Positions 28,175 to 38,074 of a DNA stretch of 64,000 nt are shown in pieces. Source of the stretch: Bacillus subtilis subsp. subtilis str. 168 (GTDB lineage: Bacteria > Bacillota > Bacilli > Bacillales > Bacillaceae); NCBI RefSeq assembly GCF_000009045.1, contig NC_000964.3, forward strand, positions 186,001 through 250,000. The letters are read 5' to 3'. Position 1 is the first letter of the stretch. The number at the start of each line of letters is the position of its first letter. The notes beneath the pieces are model-generated. The model had not been told where the DNA came from. It did no database searches and saw only the letters and a list, made by a program, of their open reading frames with translations. Both the position numbers and the translations under genes were made by a program.

Positions 28175-29407
28175 ATGTCATATGATCGTGTTAAAGATTT
28201 TGATTTGCCAGAGTTAGCGGTTCATTTACAGCCTCATGGTGCTGTAATGATTGATAGAAAAAGTATGTTTTATTTCAGACTCAGTGGACGTGGAGCACAG
28301 TTGGCGTTTCTGTTATCAAAAAACAAAAATCTTCATAAAACGGCACGTATTTGGGAGATTATGAAAAAAGAAGAGATGAGTGCTGACCAATTAAAAGAAG
28401 AGCTTAGTGCCCATCCATTTACGGAGGCTTGGACGGAAGGGCTGTTAGATCAGCCTTTACACGTTTCGGGTTCGCTAGATTCATATTTACCTATTAGTTG
28501 TACCTTACAGTTGACAAATGCTTGTAATTTAAGCTGTTCGTTTTGCTATGCCAGCTCAGGTAAACCATATCCTGAGGAATTATCTAGTGAACAATGGATA
28601 TTGGTTATGCAAAAGCTAGCAGCCCATGGAGTTGCTGATATTACGCTGACCGGGGGTGAAGCAAAGCTGATCAAAGGGTTTAAAGAATTAGTCGTTGTTG
28701 CAAGTTCGTTGTTTACCAATGTGAATGTATTTAGTAATGGATTGAACTGGCGAGATGAAGAAGTTGAATTACTTAGTCACTTAGGCAATGTTTCTGTACA
28801 GATTAGTATTGATGGTATGGATAATACACATGACCAATTAAGAGGCAGAAAAGGCGGCTTTAAAGAAAGTATGAATACCATTAAAAAATTATCAGAAGCA
28901 AACATTCCAGTGATTGTCGCTATGACCATTAATGAGTCCAATGCTGATGAAGTATCAGATGTGGTGGAGCAATGTGCCAATGCGGGTGCTTTTATCTTTC
29001 GTGCAGGAAAAACGTTATCTGTTGGACGTGCGACAGAAGGCTTTAAGGCTTTGGATATTGATTTTGAAGAAATGGTTCAAATACAGCTTAGGGAAGCACG
29101 TCATAAATGGGGAGATCGCCTGAACATAATTGATTGGGAGCACGAAGAGAGTTCGTTCACAACAGATTTTTGTACACCAGGATATCTTGCTTGGTATATA
29201 AGAGCAGATGGATACGTAACTCCTTGCCAATTAGAAGATTTGCCGCTAGGGCATATTTTAGAAGATAGCATGGCTGACATTGGTTCACCTGCTCGTTTGC
29301 TTCAGTTAAAATGTGAAGCAAAAAATTGCAAATGTATAGGGAAAATTGAGCTATCTGAACCGGACTTACCTTTTCAAAAAGAAGTCAAGGCAGGGATTCA
29401 GGAATGA
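28175..29407 (+). CDS. skfB: Radical SAM sactionine synthase
   Basis: CNLSCSFC (CxxxCxxC) motif, C-terminal Cys cluster. Confidence 0.96.
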   Translation: MSYDRVKDFDLPELAVHLQPHGAVMIDRKSMFYFRLSGRGAQLAFLLSKNKNLHKTARIWEIMKKEEMSADQLKEELSAHPFTEAWTEGLLDQPLHVSGSLDSYLPISCTLQLTNACNLSCSFCYASSGKPYPEELSSEQWILVMQKLAAHGVADITLTGGEAKLIKGFKELVVVASSLFTNVNVFSNGLNWRDEEVELLSHLGNVSVQISIDGMDNTHDQLRGRKGGFKESMNTIKKLSEANIPVIVAMTINESNADEVSDVVEQCANAGAFIFRAGKTLSVGRATEGFKALDIDFEEMVQIQLREARHKWGDRLNIIDWEHEESSFTTDFCTPGYLAWYIRADGYVTPCQLEDLPLGHILEDSMADIGSPARLLQLKCEAKNCKCIGKIELSEPDLPFQKEVKAGIQE

Positions 29408-30894
29408 ATAGTCTATCATTGGTGTTCTGGAGTATTTTAGCAGTTGTTGGATTACTGTTATTTATTAAATTCAAACCCCCAACAATTGCTTCACTACTCT
29501 TAAGCAAAGATGAGGCAAAAGAAATAAGCATTCAATTTATAAAAGAGTTTGTTGGGATAGATGTAGAGAACTGGGATTTTTATTCAGTATATTGGTATGA
29601 CCACGATACAGTAAATAAACTTCATCACTTAGGCATACTTAAGAAAAATAGAAAGGTTTTATATGATGTTGGGTTGGTCGAATCATGGAGAGTCCGTTTC
29701 GTTCACCAGAATCAATCATTTGTAGTTGGTGTCAATGCCAATCGAGAAATCACTTTTTTTTATGCGGATGTTCCGAAAAAAACCCTTTCGGGGAAGTTTG
29801 AACAAGTTTCTCCAGAGACACTCAAGCAGAGGTTAATGGCTTCACCTGATGGACTTTGGTCTAGAGCAAATATGACTGGTACTGGTAAAAAAGAGGAGGA
29901 TTTTCGCGAGGTCAGTACTTATTGGTACATAGCGGAAGCGGGAGATATTCGGCTCAAAGTGACTGTTGAATTACAGGGCGGCCGAATTTCTTATATTGGT
30001 ACTGAACAAGAAATACTAACAGATCAAATGAGTAAAGTCATTCGAGATGAACAAGTGGAATCGACATTCGGAGTATCTGGTATGCTGGGTTCAGCTTTAG
30101 CGATGATCCTTGCGATTCTCATCCTTGTATTTATGGATGTGCAAACAAGCATAATCTTCAGTCTTGTTCTGGGTTTGTTGATTATAATATGCCAGTCATT
30201 GACGCTGAAAGAAGATATTCAATTAACAATTGTAAATGCTTATGATGCAAGAATGAGTGTCAAAACGGTCAGTTTATTAGGTATTTTGTCTACACTTCTT
30301 ACAGGATTATTAACAGGATTTGTAGTATTTATATGTTCATTGGCAGGAAATGCGCTTGCTGGTGATTTTGGATGGAAAACGTTTGAACAACCAATAGTTC
30401 AGATTTTCTATGGAATAGGAGCAGGGCTCATTAGTTTAGGAGTGACTTCTCTGCTGTTTAACTTATTGGAGAAAAAGCAATATTTACGAATTTCACCTGA
30501 GCTTTCTAACCGAACTGTCTTTCTATCAGGTTTTACCTTTAGGCAAGGATTGAATATGAGCATACAAAGTTCAATTGGAGAAGAGGTCATCTATCGGCTA
30601 TTAATGATTCCAGTCATTTGGTGGATGAGTGGAAATATCCTCATCTCCATTATTGTATCTTCCTTTTTATGGGCGGTGATGCACCAAGTAACTGGATATG
30701 ACCCAAGGTGGATACGTTGGCTGCATCTATTTATATTCGGTTGCTTTCTGGGAGTTCTCTTCATCAAATTTGGTTTTATTTGTGTATTAGTAGCTCATTT
30801 CATTCATAATTTAGTACTCGTCTGTATGCCGCTGTGGCAGTTCAAGCTTCAGAAACATATGCATCATGATCAGCCAAAGCATACTTCACTCTAA
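29404..30894 (+). CDS. skfC: CPBP/Abi-family membrane protease
   Basis: EEVIYR, WAVMH and AHFIHN CPBP motifs. Confidence 0.92.
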   Translation: MNSLSLVFWSILAVVGLLLFIKFKPPTIASLLLSKDEAKEISIQFIKEFVGIDVENWDFYSVYWYDHDTVNKLHHLGILKKNRKVLYDVGLVESWRVRFVHQNQSFVVGVNANREITFFYADVPKKTLSGKFEQVSPETLKQRLMASPDGLWSRANMTGTGKKEEDFREVSTYWYIAEAGDIRLKVTVELQGGRISYIGTEQEILTDQMSKVIRDEQVESTFGVSGMLGSALAMILAILILVFMDVQTSIIFSLVLGLLIIICQSLTLKEDIQLTIVNAYDARMSVKTVSLLGILSTLLTGLLTGFVVFICSLAGNALAGDFGWKTFEQPIVQIFYGIGAGLISLGVTSLLFNLLEKKQYLRISPELSNRTVFLSGFTFRQGLNMSIQSSIGEEVIYRLLMIPVIWWMSGNILISIIVSSFLWAVMHQVTGYDPRWIRWLHLFIFGCFLGVLFIKFGFICVLVAHFIHNLVLVCMPLWQFKLQKHMHHDQPKHTSL

Positions 30895-30912
30895 TGATTA
30901 GGAGAAGATTTG

Positions 30913-31632
30913 ATGCAATTGATGCAAGTACAAAATTTAAGCAAATGCTATCGAAATGGTGATGGGGTTGAACATTTGTCTTTCTCAATTCAACGAGGAG
31001 AAATCGTGGCGCTATTGGGGCCAAATGGAGCTGGAAAAACAACGACAATTCGATGTTTGACAGGTCTCTATAAGCCGGATAAAGGAGATATCCTCATTGA
31101 GGGTTCTCCTCCAGGAGATATAAATGTTCAAAAAAAAGTCGCGCTTATTCCTGATCAGCCATATTTGTATCCCGCTTTAACTGCTGCTGAACATATTCAG
31201 TTTAGGGCAAGAGGATATCATCCAGGTAAAAAAGATGTAAAAGAAAGGGTTTATCATGCATTGAAGGAAGTGCACTTGGAGGAGAAAGCAAACCAATTGT
31301 GTGGTCAGCTGTCAAGAGGCCAAAAGCAGCGGGTTGTCCTGGCGGGGGCGATTGTTCAAGACGCTTTGCTGTATATATTAGACGAACCGACTGTGGGCCT
31401 TGATATCCCATCAAAACAGTGGCTCTCTAACTGGTTAAAAACTAAAACCGATCAAGGGTGTTCAGCATTTGTATCAACTCATAGTCTAGAGTTTGTTATA
31501 GAGACAGCAGACAGGGTGATATTAATTAGAGACGGCAAACTCATGCAGGATTTGTATGTTCCTCAATTCGAAGAACAAGCGGAATGGAGAAAAGAAGTGA
31601 TTCGTCTTCTAGGGGAATGGTCAGATGAATAA
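30913..31632 (+). CDS. skfE: ABC transporter ATPase
   Basis: GPNGAGKT Walker A, LSRGQ signature, LDEP. Confidence 0.95.
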   Translation: MQLMQVQNLSKCYRNGDGVEHLSFSIQRGEIVALLGPNGAGKTTTIRCLTGLYKPDKGDILIEGSPPGDINVQKKVALIPDQPYLYPALTAAEHIQFRARGYHPGKKDVKERVYHALKEVHLEEKANQLCGQLSRGQKQRVVLAGAIVQDALLYILDEPTVGLDIPSKQWLSNWLKTKTDQGCSAFVSTHSLEFVIETADRVILIRDGKLMQDLYVPQFEEQAEWRKEVIRLLGEWSDE

Positions 31633-33040
31633 TATCATTTCTTTTTTATGGCTTCAGTCAAAAAGGCGTTTTGTAAGTCAAGGTCAGGAAAAAAAAATGC
31701 CTTTTTTGATCATGCTCCTTTTTGTTGGGGCCATCGGATTTCAAGTAAGTTTTGTTTCTAGATCTACGACATGGGATATGAGTATTGCTGGTTGGGTACT
31801 TACAGGTGTTTTTATCCTTTATACGGCATTTGGACTTTTTTCAAATCGATTACCAAGTCAAATGGCAGATATTATATGGCTTTATGGCACTGCCACATCT
31901 TTTTCAAAAGTTGTGTATAGTGTTTTATTTTTCAGCGTCACTTGGAAGGCGTTGCTTTGGATCATCTCAGCCATATTCGGTGATGTATTAATTGTGCTTC
32001 TGTCTGGTGATCATATCAATTTATTAGGCCGATCCATAATTTTTGTAGGGCTCTTTTTTATCGCTGAAGTGTGGTTGATGTCGGTCTCTTGTGCCAGAAC
32101 AGTGAAGAAAATGAAAAGGGTATACGTTTTAGTCTTTCTTCTAATGTTAGGCATTTACTCCATATGTCTTTATCGCTTCTTCTTTCTCCAACATTCATCT
32201 GGGATATGGGAGAGCATTGCCCGTTTTATTAGTGGCGTTGGATTAGTGTTTGATACATTGTCACCGTTGTATGTGGTTGTATTTATTGGGATTATCACAG
32301 TCTCTTTTATGACAATTGCTTTTACGAGCCGTCAGGTAGAAATGAAGGAATCGTTGGTGAAAGAAGCTGAATTCTGGGAGGAATTTCAAGAACGTCAATT
32401 TGGTTCAGGTCAAATTATACAGAAACCAAAAACGACTTGGTGGGGCTTGCAAGGTCTAAATGGCATTTGGTCTTTTCTGTGGTTGGAACTGTTGCTTTTT
32501 AAAAAATATTTATTTTTTCATAGCATTCATACGGTCATGCTCAGTGGCGTCTTTTATGTCGTCATTTTCATGTATCCAGAATGGTTTTATCTTCTATTCT
32601 TTCTTATCGTCTCGGCAGTCATGTTAAGTTCCTATTATTCAGGAATTGTCAGACATTCTCAATCAGGCACCCTTCATTTATTCCCCGGTGCCCTTTGGAA
32701 AAAAATCATTATTCTAGAGCTGACGAATACAGTCTGGTTGTATATTCTTTACTGTGTTTCTATTACTTTTATGGCAGTTGGGAATTTAGTTTATTGGTAT
32801 ATATATGGCTTAGGGATATATATATGGTTCATGACAATAAGGCTTTTTGCTTTTACCCATACAAACCGAAACGATATTAAGCTTTCATTGCCTCAATACT
32901 ACAAGTCATTTTTTATGGCATTAGGCCTGAGCGGCATTTGTTTGTATGTCATTCATTTATTGACTGCTGACTGGTATACATTAGTGGTGGTCGTCTGCAT
33001 AGGGAGCCTAAGTTGGTGCCTGTTTTATCGTTTCAGATAG
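31625..33040 (+). CDS. skfF: ABC transporter permease
   Basis: Polytopic protein overlapping the skfE stop; start uncertain. Confidence 0.9.
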   Translation: MNNIISFLWLQSKRRFVSQGQEKKMPFLIMLLFVGAIGFQVSFVSRSTTWDMSIAGWVLTGVFILYTAFGLFSNRLPSQMADIIWLYGTATSFSKVVYSVLFFSVTWKALLWIISAIFGDVLIVLLSGDHINLLGRSIIFVGLFFIAEVWLMSVSCARTVKKMKRVYVLVFLLMLGIYSICLYRFFFLQHSSGIWESIARFISGVGLVFDTLSPLYVVVFIGIITVSFMTIAFTSRQVEMKESLVKEAEFWEEFQERQFGSGQIIQKPKTTWWGLQGLNGIWSFLWLELLLFKKYLFFHSIHTVMLSGVFYVVIFMYPEWFYLLFFLIVSAVMLSSYYSGIVRHSQSGTLHLFPGALWKKIIILELTNTVWLYILYCVSITFMAVGNLVYWYIYGLGIYIWFMTIRLFAFTHTNRNDIKLSLPQYYKSFFMALGLSGICLYVIHLLTADWYTLVVVVCIGSLSWCLFYRFR

Positions 33041-33086
33041 TGGTTATGTAGAGTTATTGTTTTAAAACGAGGAGAGGGGCTCTTTT

Positions 33087-33602
33087 ATGAATTCAAATGG
33101 TGATAAATTGTCGTTATCTGTTCAGAATTTAGCGAATACAAATGAGATCACAATTGTTCAAGCGATAGGTGAGCTAAAGAAATCGGGAAAAGATGCAATA
33201 CCAGTTTTGGTTGAGGCCTTAAAAGAGGAAGGCTCTTTGTGTAATATTGCTGCAGCTGTTTTAGGTGAGTTTGGGGAAGACGCGAGTGAAGCAGCGGAGG
33301 AGCTATCATGTTTATTAAAAAGTCATGCGGAAGATACAAGAATGGCAGCGGCGATTTCATTAATGAGAATCGGGAAGCCCAGTCTGCCCTTTGTCATCAA
33401 AATCGCTCAAGAAAGTGAAGGGCAATCGTGCTTTTGGGCATCTTGGTGTATTGCATGGATTGATCCGTCTTGCATTGAACCTAAGATGTATAAATGTCTA
33501 AAATACGAGCATGAACATCCTTCAGGAATAGTTGCTCCGTTTGCGGCTGAAGAGGCATTAGGAAAGCTGATTGCTTTTCAGCTGAAAGATAAGGAGGACT
33601 GA
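33087..33602 (+). CDS. skfG: HEAT-repeat protein
   Basis: Repeated AIPVLVEAL/AAAVLG/AAISL helical pattern. Confidence 0.88.
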   Translation: MNSNGDKLSLSVQNLANTNEITIVQAIGELKKSGKDAIPVLVEALKEEGSLCNIAAAVLGEFGEDASEAAEELSCLLKSHAEDTRMAAAISLMRIGKPSLPFVIKIAQESEGQSCFWASWCIAWIDPSCIEPKMYKCLKYEHEHPSGIVAPFAAEEALGKLIAFQLKDKED

Positions 33603-33606
33603 AAGG

Positions 33607-34032
33607 ATGAAAGATGAACAAATGTTGACTGAATGGCCAAGTCATTTACCATGGTTGAATCAATCACAGAATGATTTTACATTTCCAAGTGACACATATC
33701 TTCTTCTTTATTTTTGGTCAATGAGCTGTCCAAACTGTCACCAATTAACAGACAAAGTCCTTCAAGATATAAAGGATATGAATGTGAAAGTAATCGGAGT
33801 ACATGTCCCCTATATAGAAGAAGAGAAATCTATGGAGGTTGTCTTGACGTATGCTCTTGATAGGGGACTAGCTATTCCGATTGTATTAGACCAAAACTAT
33901 GAGATCGTCACAACTTGTCACGTACAAGGCATCCCCAGCTTTTGTCTATTAAGTCAATACGGTCAGATCATTACTAAAACGATGGGAGATGTTGGTTGGG
34001 ATAAGATGTTAAAAAAGATTGCAGGCTTGTGA
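33607..34032 (+). CDS. skfH: Thioredoxin-like oxidoreductase
   Basis: WSMSCPNC CxxC motif. Confidence 0.92.
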   Translation: MKDEQMLTEWPSHLPWLNQSQNDFTFPSDTYLLLYFWSMSCPNCHQLTDKVLQDIKDMNVKVIGVHVPYIEEEKSMEVVLTYALDRGLAIPIVLDQNYEIVTTCHVQGIPSFCLLSQYGQIITKTMGDVGWDKMLKKIAGL

Positions 34033-34084
34033 AATTTTCCGTCTTGTATGTGCGACAAACGGTTGAATATTATGATGAAACGGT

Positions 34085-34110
34085 CCTTCCTATAAGCAGG
34101 AAGGTTTTTT
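34085..34110 (+). terminator. skf operon terminator
   Basis: CCTTCCT/AGGAAGG hairpin plus T6. Confidence 0.8.
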
Positions 34111-34278
34111 AATGAAATATTTTTTTATTAGTAGGTAAATTCATCAAATGTTCTGCTATGCTCCAAATGTACACCTTTCCGTAAGGGCAAAGTCAAATGT
34201 GAAAAAAAACTGTTCCAAAGTTAATCAGAAATTTATTTTCATATTGTATCCTTCGGTATCAAGTGAAAGGAGCATCAT

Positions 34279-35256
34279 ATGAAAACATTATGGAAAGTCC
34301 TCAAAATTGTTTTTGTCAGCTTGGCTGCTTTGGTTTTGCTTGTATCCGTCTCGGTATTTATTTATCACCATTTCCAGCTAAATAAGGAGGCGGCACTGCT
34401 GAAAGGTAAAGGCACAGTAGTCGATGTTGACGGTAAAAAGATGAATGTGTATCAAGAGGGAAGCGGGAAGGATACGTTTGTGTTTATGTCCGGTTCGGGT
34501 ATTGCTGCGCCTGCTTATGAAATGAAGGGGCTGTACAGCAAGTTTTCAAAAGAAAATAAGATTGCTGTTGTAGATCGGGCAGGTTATGGATACAGTGAAG
34601 TGTCTCACGATGACAGAGATATTGATACGGTATTGGAACAGACGAGGAAAGCGCTTATGAAAAGCGGAAATAAGCCTCCTTATATTTTAATGCCTCATTC
34701 GATATCCGGGATTGAAGCGATGTATTGGGCACAGAAATATCCTAAGGAAATCAAGGCCATTATTGCGATGGATATTGGATTGCCCCAGCAGTACGTCACG
34801 TATAAATTGAGCGGAGTTGACCGATTGAAAGTGAGAGGGTTCCACCTGTTAACCTCGATTGGTTTTCATCGGTTTATACCTTCCGCTGTATATAATCCTG
34901 AGGTGATTCGACAGTCGTTTTTAACTGATGAAGAAAAAGAAATCTATAAAGCCATTAACTTTAAGCAATTTTTTAATGCAGATATGGAGCATGAGCTTTT
35001 ACAGTCTTACCAAAACGGCAGCAAATCTGTGAATCTGCCTGCGCCAAAGGAAACTCCCGTCTTGATTTTAGATGCAGTCTCTGACCAAAATAGACATTCA
35101 AAGTATGCTATACAAAACCGAAAAGACTATGAAGCGTTTGCGGCTCAATTCAATACTGCCGATATAAAGGAACTGAGGGGAACACACAGTATTTATTTAT
35201 ATCAGCCTGATCAAATATATAAACTGTCCATGGAGTTTATGAGAAAGGTTCGCTAG
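34279..35256 (+). CDS. ybdG: Membrane-anchored alpha/beta hydrolase
   Basis: N-terminal TM; VDRAGYGYS and PHSISG nucleophile elbow. Confidence 0.88.
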   Translation: MKTLWKVLKIVFVSLAALVLLVSVSVFIYHHFQLNKEAALLKGKGTVVDVDGKKMNVYQEGSGKDTFVFMSGSGIAAPAYEMKGLYSKFSKENKIAVVDRAGYGYSEVSHDDRDIDTVLEQTRKALMKSGNKPPYILMPHSISGIEAMYWAQKYPKEIKAIIAMDIGLPQQYVTYKLSGVDRLKVRGFHLLTSIGFHRFIPSAVYNPEVIRQSFLTDEEKEIYKAINFKQFFNADMEHELLQSYQNGSKSVNLPAPKETPVLILDAVSDQNRHSKYAIQNRKDYEAFAAQFNTADIKELRGTHSIYLYQPDQIYKLSMEFMRKVR

Positions 35257-35257
35257 G

Positions 35258-35929
35258 ATGAAGGGTTATCGTATTTTAATCGTTGAGGACGATGTGATGA
35301 TTGGTGATTTGCTGCAAAAGATTTTGCAGCGCGAGGGATATCGTGTGATATGGAAAACAGATGGAGCGGATGTGCTTTCGGTGATTCAGAAGGTGGATTT
35401 GGTCATTATGGATGTGATGCTGCCGGGTGAAGACGGGTATCAAATGTCTGCAAAAATCAAAAAGCTGGGGCTGGGCATTCCGGTTATTTTTCTCTCAGCC
35501 CGCAATGACATGGACAGCAAGCTTCAAGGTTTGCAGATCGGCGAGGATTATATGGTAAAGCCCTTTGATCCGAGAGAGCTGCTATTAAGAATGCGGAATA
35601 TGCTTGAGCATCATTATGGGACCTTTACGCAAATCAAACATTTGTATATTGATGCGGTAACGAAAAAAGTGTTCAATGAAAGCCTGCATGATGAGGTATT
35701 ATTTACTGCGATTGAGCGGAAAATTTTCTTTTATTTATATGAAAATAGAGACAGTATCCTGACAAAGGAACATTTCTTTGAATATCTATGGCAGCTCGAA
35801 GATAGAAACCCGAATATTGTCAATGTGCATATTAAAAAAATTAGAGCTAAAATCAATGATCAAGCGGGTGAGATGATTGAAAATATATATGGAGAAGGGT
35901 ATCGGCTGAATACCGTTGTGAAGAAATGA
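35258..35929 (+). CDS. ybdJ: OmpR-family response regulator
   Basis: VEDD, MDVMLPG, KPF and GEGYR motifs. Confidence 0.93.
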   Translation: MKGYRILIVEDDVMIGDLLQKILQREGYRVIWKTDGADVLSVIQKVDLVIMDVMLPGEDGYQMSAKIKKLGLGIPVIFLSARNDMDSKLQGLQIGEDYMVKPFDPRELLLRMRNMLEHHYGTFTQIKHLYIDAVTKKVFNESLHDEVLFTAIERKIFFYLYENRDSILTKEHFFEYLWQLEDRNPNIVNVHIKKIRAKINDQAGEMIENIYGEGYRLNTVVKK

Positions 35930-36912
35930 AGCTCAAGACAAAATATCAGTTGTTATTGTTTACGGCCGTCATTAGTGTTCCGATGCTATTGCTGGCGGTC
36001 AGTGTTTTGATGTCGGTGATTTATGACAGCATGTTTAAACCGATGAATCATGGTATGCCCTTTCACAGGTCGTTTGCATACCCGGCAATGATCGTTGTAT
36101 TTTTGATATCACTCTTATTGTTAGCTTTTTTATTTTCAAAGTCGATTCATTCTCTGTTGCATAAAATCAATCTATTAAATCAAACCATTCGGCATTTGGC
36201 GAGTGATCAAAGGGTGCCCGATAAAATTGAAGTGAAGCGTGCTGATGAAATCGGGGAACTGATCAAGTCGGTCAATTTGTTAATTGAACGGACGACATAT
36301 CGTGAACTGGAGCTGAGACAGCAGGAGGAAATCAAAAAGGAGCTTTTGCAAAAACTGCGGCATGACATTAATACACCTTTAACGGCTCTCAGGCTGCAGT
36401 TATTTTATTTGGAAGACCAATGTCATGGTCAGGCTGTATTCGAATCATTGTATCAGCAAATCGAATATATCTCGGAATTAACTAATGAATTCAATCTATA
36501 TTCCGCTGAGACGCTGGAAAGCTCTTATATTGTAAATGAAGAAGTGCGTCTAAACGAGCTATTAGAAACAGCGGTGAAAAAGTGGGATTATTTATACAGT
36601 ATGAGTGGGATTGAGCTGCACTATAAGCCGGCAGATCAAGATGTGATATGGATGAGCAACACGTTATGGATGGAAAGGCTGTTTGATAATATTTTTCAAA
36701 ATACGTTAAGGCATTCAAAAGCTAAAAAGATGGAAGTCACGATTGAACATGGCGATGTTTTTATTCGTGATGACGGTATTGGATTTGATCGGAATGAGAG
36801 CAGTGAGGGACTTGGGTTAAAGATTATTGAGGATACATGCAGGCTGCTTGCGATTACTTATGAGCTGCATACAAATGATAACGGAACGGGGTTCTTGTTT
36901 TCAAAAGAGTGA
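35926..36912 (+). CDS. ybdK: Sensor histidine kinase with little extracellular domain
   Basis: 2 TM, HAMP, H-box HDINTPL, DDGIG and GLGL. Confidence 0.92.
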   Translation: MKLKTKYQLLLFTAVISVPMLLLAVSVLMSVIYDSMFKPMNHGMPFHRSFAYPAMIVVFLISLLLLAFLFSKSIHSLLHKINLLNQTIRHLASDQRVPDKIEVKRADEIGELIKSVNLLIERTTYRELELRQQEEIKKELLQKLRHDINTPLTALRLQLFYLEDQCHGQAVFESLYQQIEYISELTNEFNLYSAETLESSYIVNEEVRLNELLETAVKKWDYLYSMSGIELHYKPADQDVIWMSNTLWMERLFDNIFQNTLRHSKAKKMEVTIEHGDVFIRDDGIGFDRNESSEGLGLKIIEDTCRLLAITYELHTNDNGTGFLFSKE

Positions 36913-36981
36913 CCCCGCTGATGTTTTTCTTTCTCCTATAAAATTTATATAATAGGGAGAAAGAAATGGGGTGAACATCAT

Positions 36982-37176
36982 ATGTTTAAAAAAATCATCA
37001 AAACGATTAAGTACCTCTCAAGCAGTTCTAGTGACCGATATCGCAGACACCGGCATTACAGCAGCAGCCGGCGCAGACATTATCGCAGCTACAGCAGCAG
37101 TTCGGGCAAAAGAAGACACTACGACCGTTATGGCGGCAGTCATCGTTACAAACGCCGGAGCTACAGCAGCAGTTAA
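36982..37176 (+). CDS. Small basic Arg/Ser/His/Tyr-rich protein (preferred frame of the ybzI locus)
   Basis: ATG with SD GGGGTGA 7 nt upstream; stop followed by a terminator at about 37189-37220. Confidence 0.7.
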   Translation: MFKKIIKTIKYLSSSSSDRYRRHRHYSSSRRRHYRSYSSSSGKRRHYDRYGGSHRYKRRSYSSS

Positions 37177-37218
37177 TCCAAAAAAAGTTCTTGTTCCGCT
37201 TTTGGGACAAGGGTTTTT

Positions 37219-37989
37219 TTATGTGACCGATTGAATGGCCCGGTTTAGATCCTCGCGAATGGAAGCGGTGTGCTGATACTCTTCCTCAATGCCCAATAAT
37301 CTTTTCAGCAGCAAGGTTACTTCCTTTGTCAGTGTTAATTCCTCCAGCCAAGTGCCGTTTTTCTTCTTTTTTCCTTTATATTGAGAGTACAGCAAGAATA
37401 ACAGCGTTTCTCCGAGATCGAAGAAGTCATCCTGTTTTCGTACCTTTATTTCCTCCATTTCTTCAGGAGTCAATTGTTTGGCAAGGCCGAAATCGATGAG
37501 GCAGAGCCTGCCATCATTGATGATGATATTAGGCGTTCTGATGTCGCTGTGGAAGATAAGGCGATCATGCAGGTATTCTATAATCTCAAGCAGCTGCGAA
37601 ATCAGTTGTAACGCCATAAGCTCTGTGAACGGCTGTTTTCGAAAAAATAATAATTCTTCTATATTCTCTCCCTCAATGAACTGCATGACATAATAAGCCT
37701 GTCCGTCTATGATGAATTCATCTATGAAGCCCGGAATTTGCGGGTGGTGAATGTTTTTGAGCAGTTTTATTTCCTGCTGGAATCGGACTTTCTCTTTTTC
37801 CTTTTTGGCTTTTGTCGGCCGAAGCTGTTTTAAGACATAAGGTGTTTGAGCTAGGATATCGGTGCACAAATAAACCAAACCGTAGCCTCCCATACCGAGG
37901 CACTCTTCGATTTTGTATTGATGATTTAAGATAACGCCGTTCTTTAGAGGGCGGTCAAATAGCAGTTTTTTTAGAAGTTTTAATGCCAT
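37219..37989 (-). CDS. prkD: Hanks-type Ser/Thr kinase
   Basis: GMGGYG loop, VLK, HSDIRTPN, DFG. Confidence 0.92.
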   Translation of the reverse strand: MALKLLKKLLFDRPLKNGVILNHQYKIEECLGMGGYGLVYLCTDILAQTPYVLKQLRPTKAKKEKEKVRFQQEIKLLKNIHHPQIPGFIDEFIIDGQAYYVMQFIEGENIEELLFFRKQPFTELMALQLISQLLEIIEYLHDRLIFHSDIRTPNIIINDGRLCLIDFGLAKQLTPEEMEEIKVRKQDDFFDLGETLLFLLYSQYKGKKKKNGTWLEELTLTKEVTLLLKRLLGIEEEYQHTASIREDLNRAIQSVT

Positions 37990-38074
37990 GTCTGCACTTC
38001 CCTTGGTTGTACTGACTATAGTTTACCTTCTAGACGGAGAATAAAAAAGAGCCGGATAACCGGCTCGGTATAAG

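Noticed and set aside
16080-34110. Bona fide prophage
   Set aside because: No integrase, terminase, capsid, tail or lysis genes are recognisable; content is cargo plus a tnsA relic
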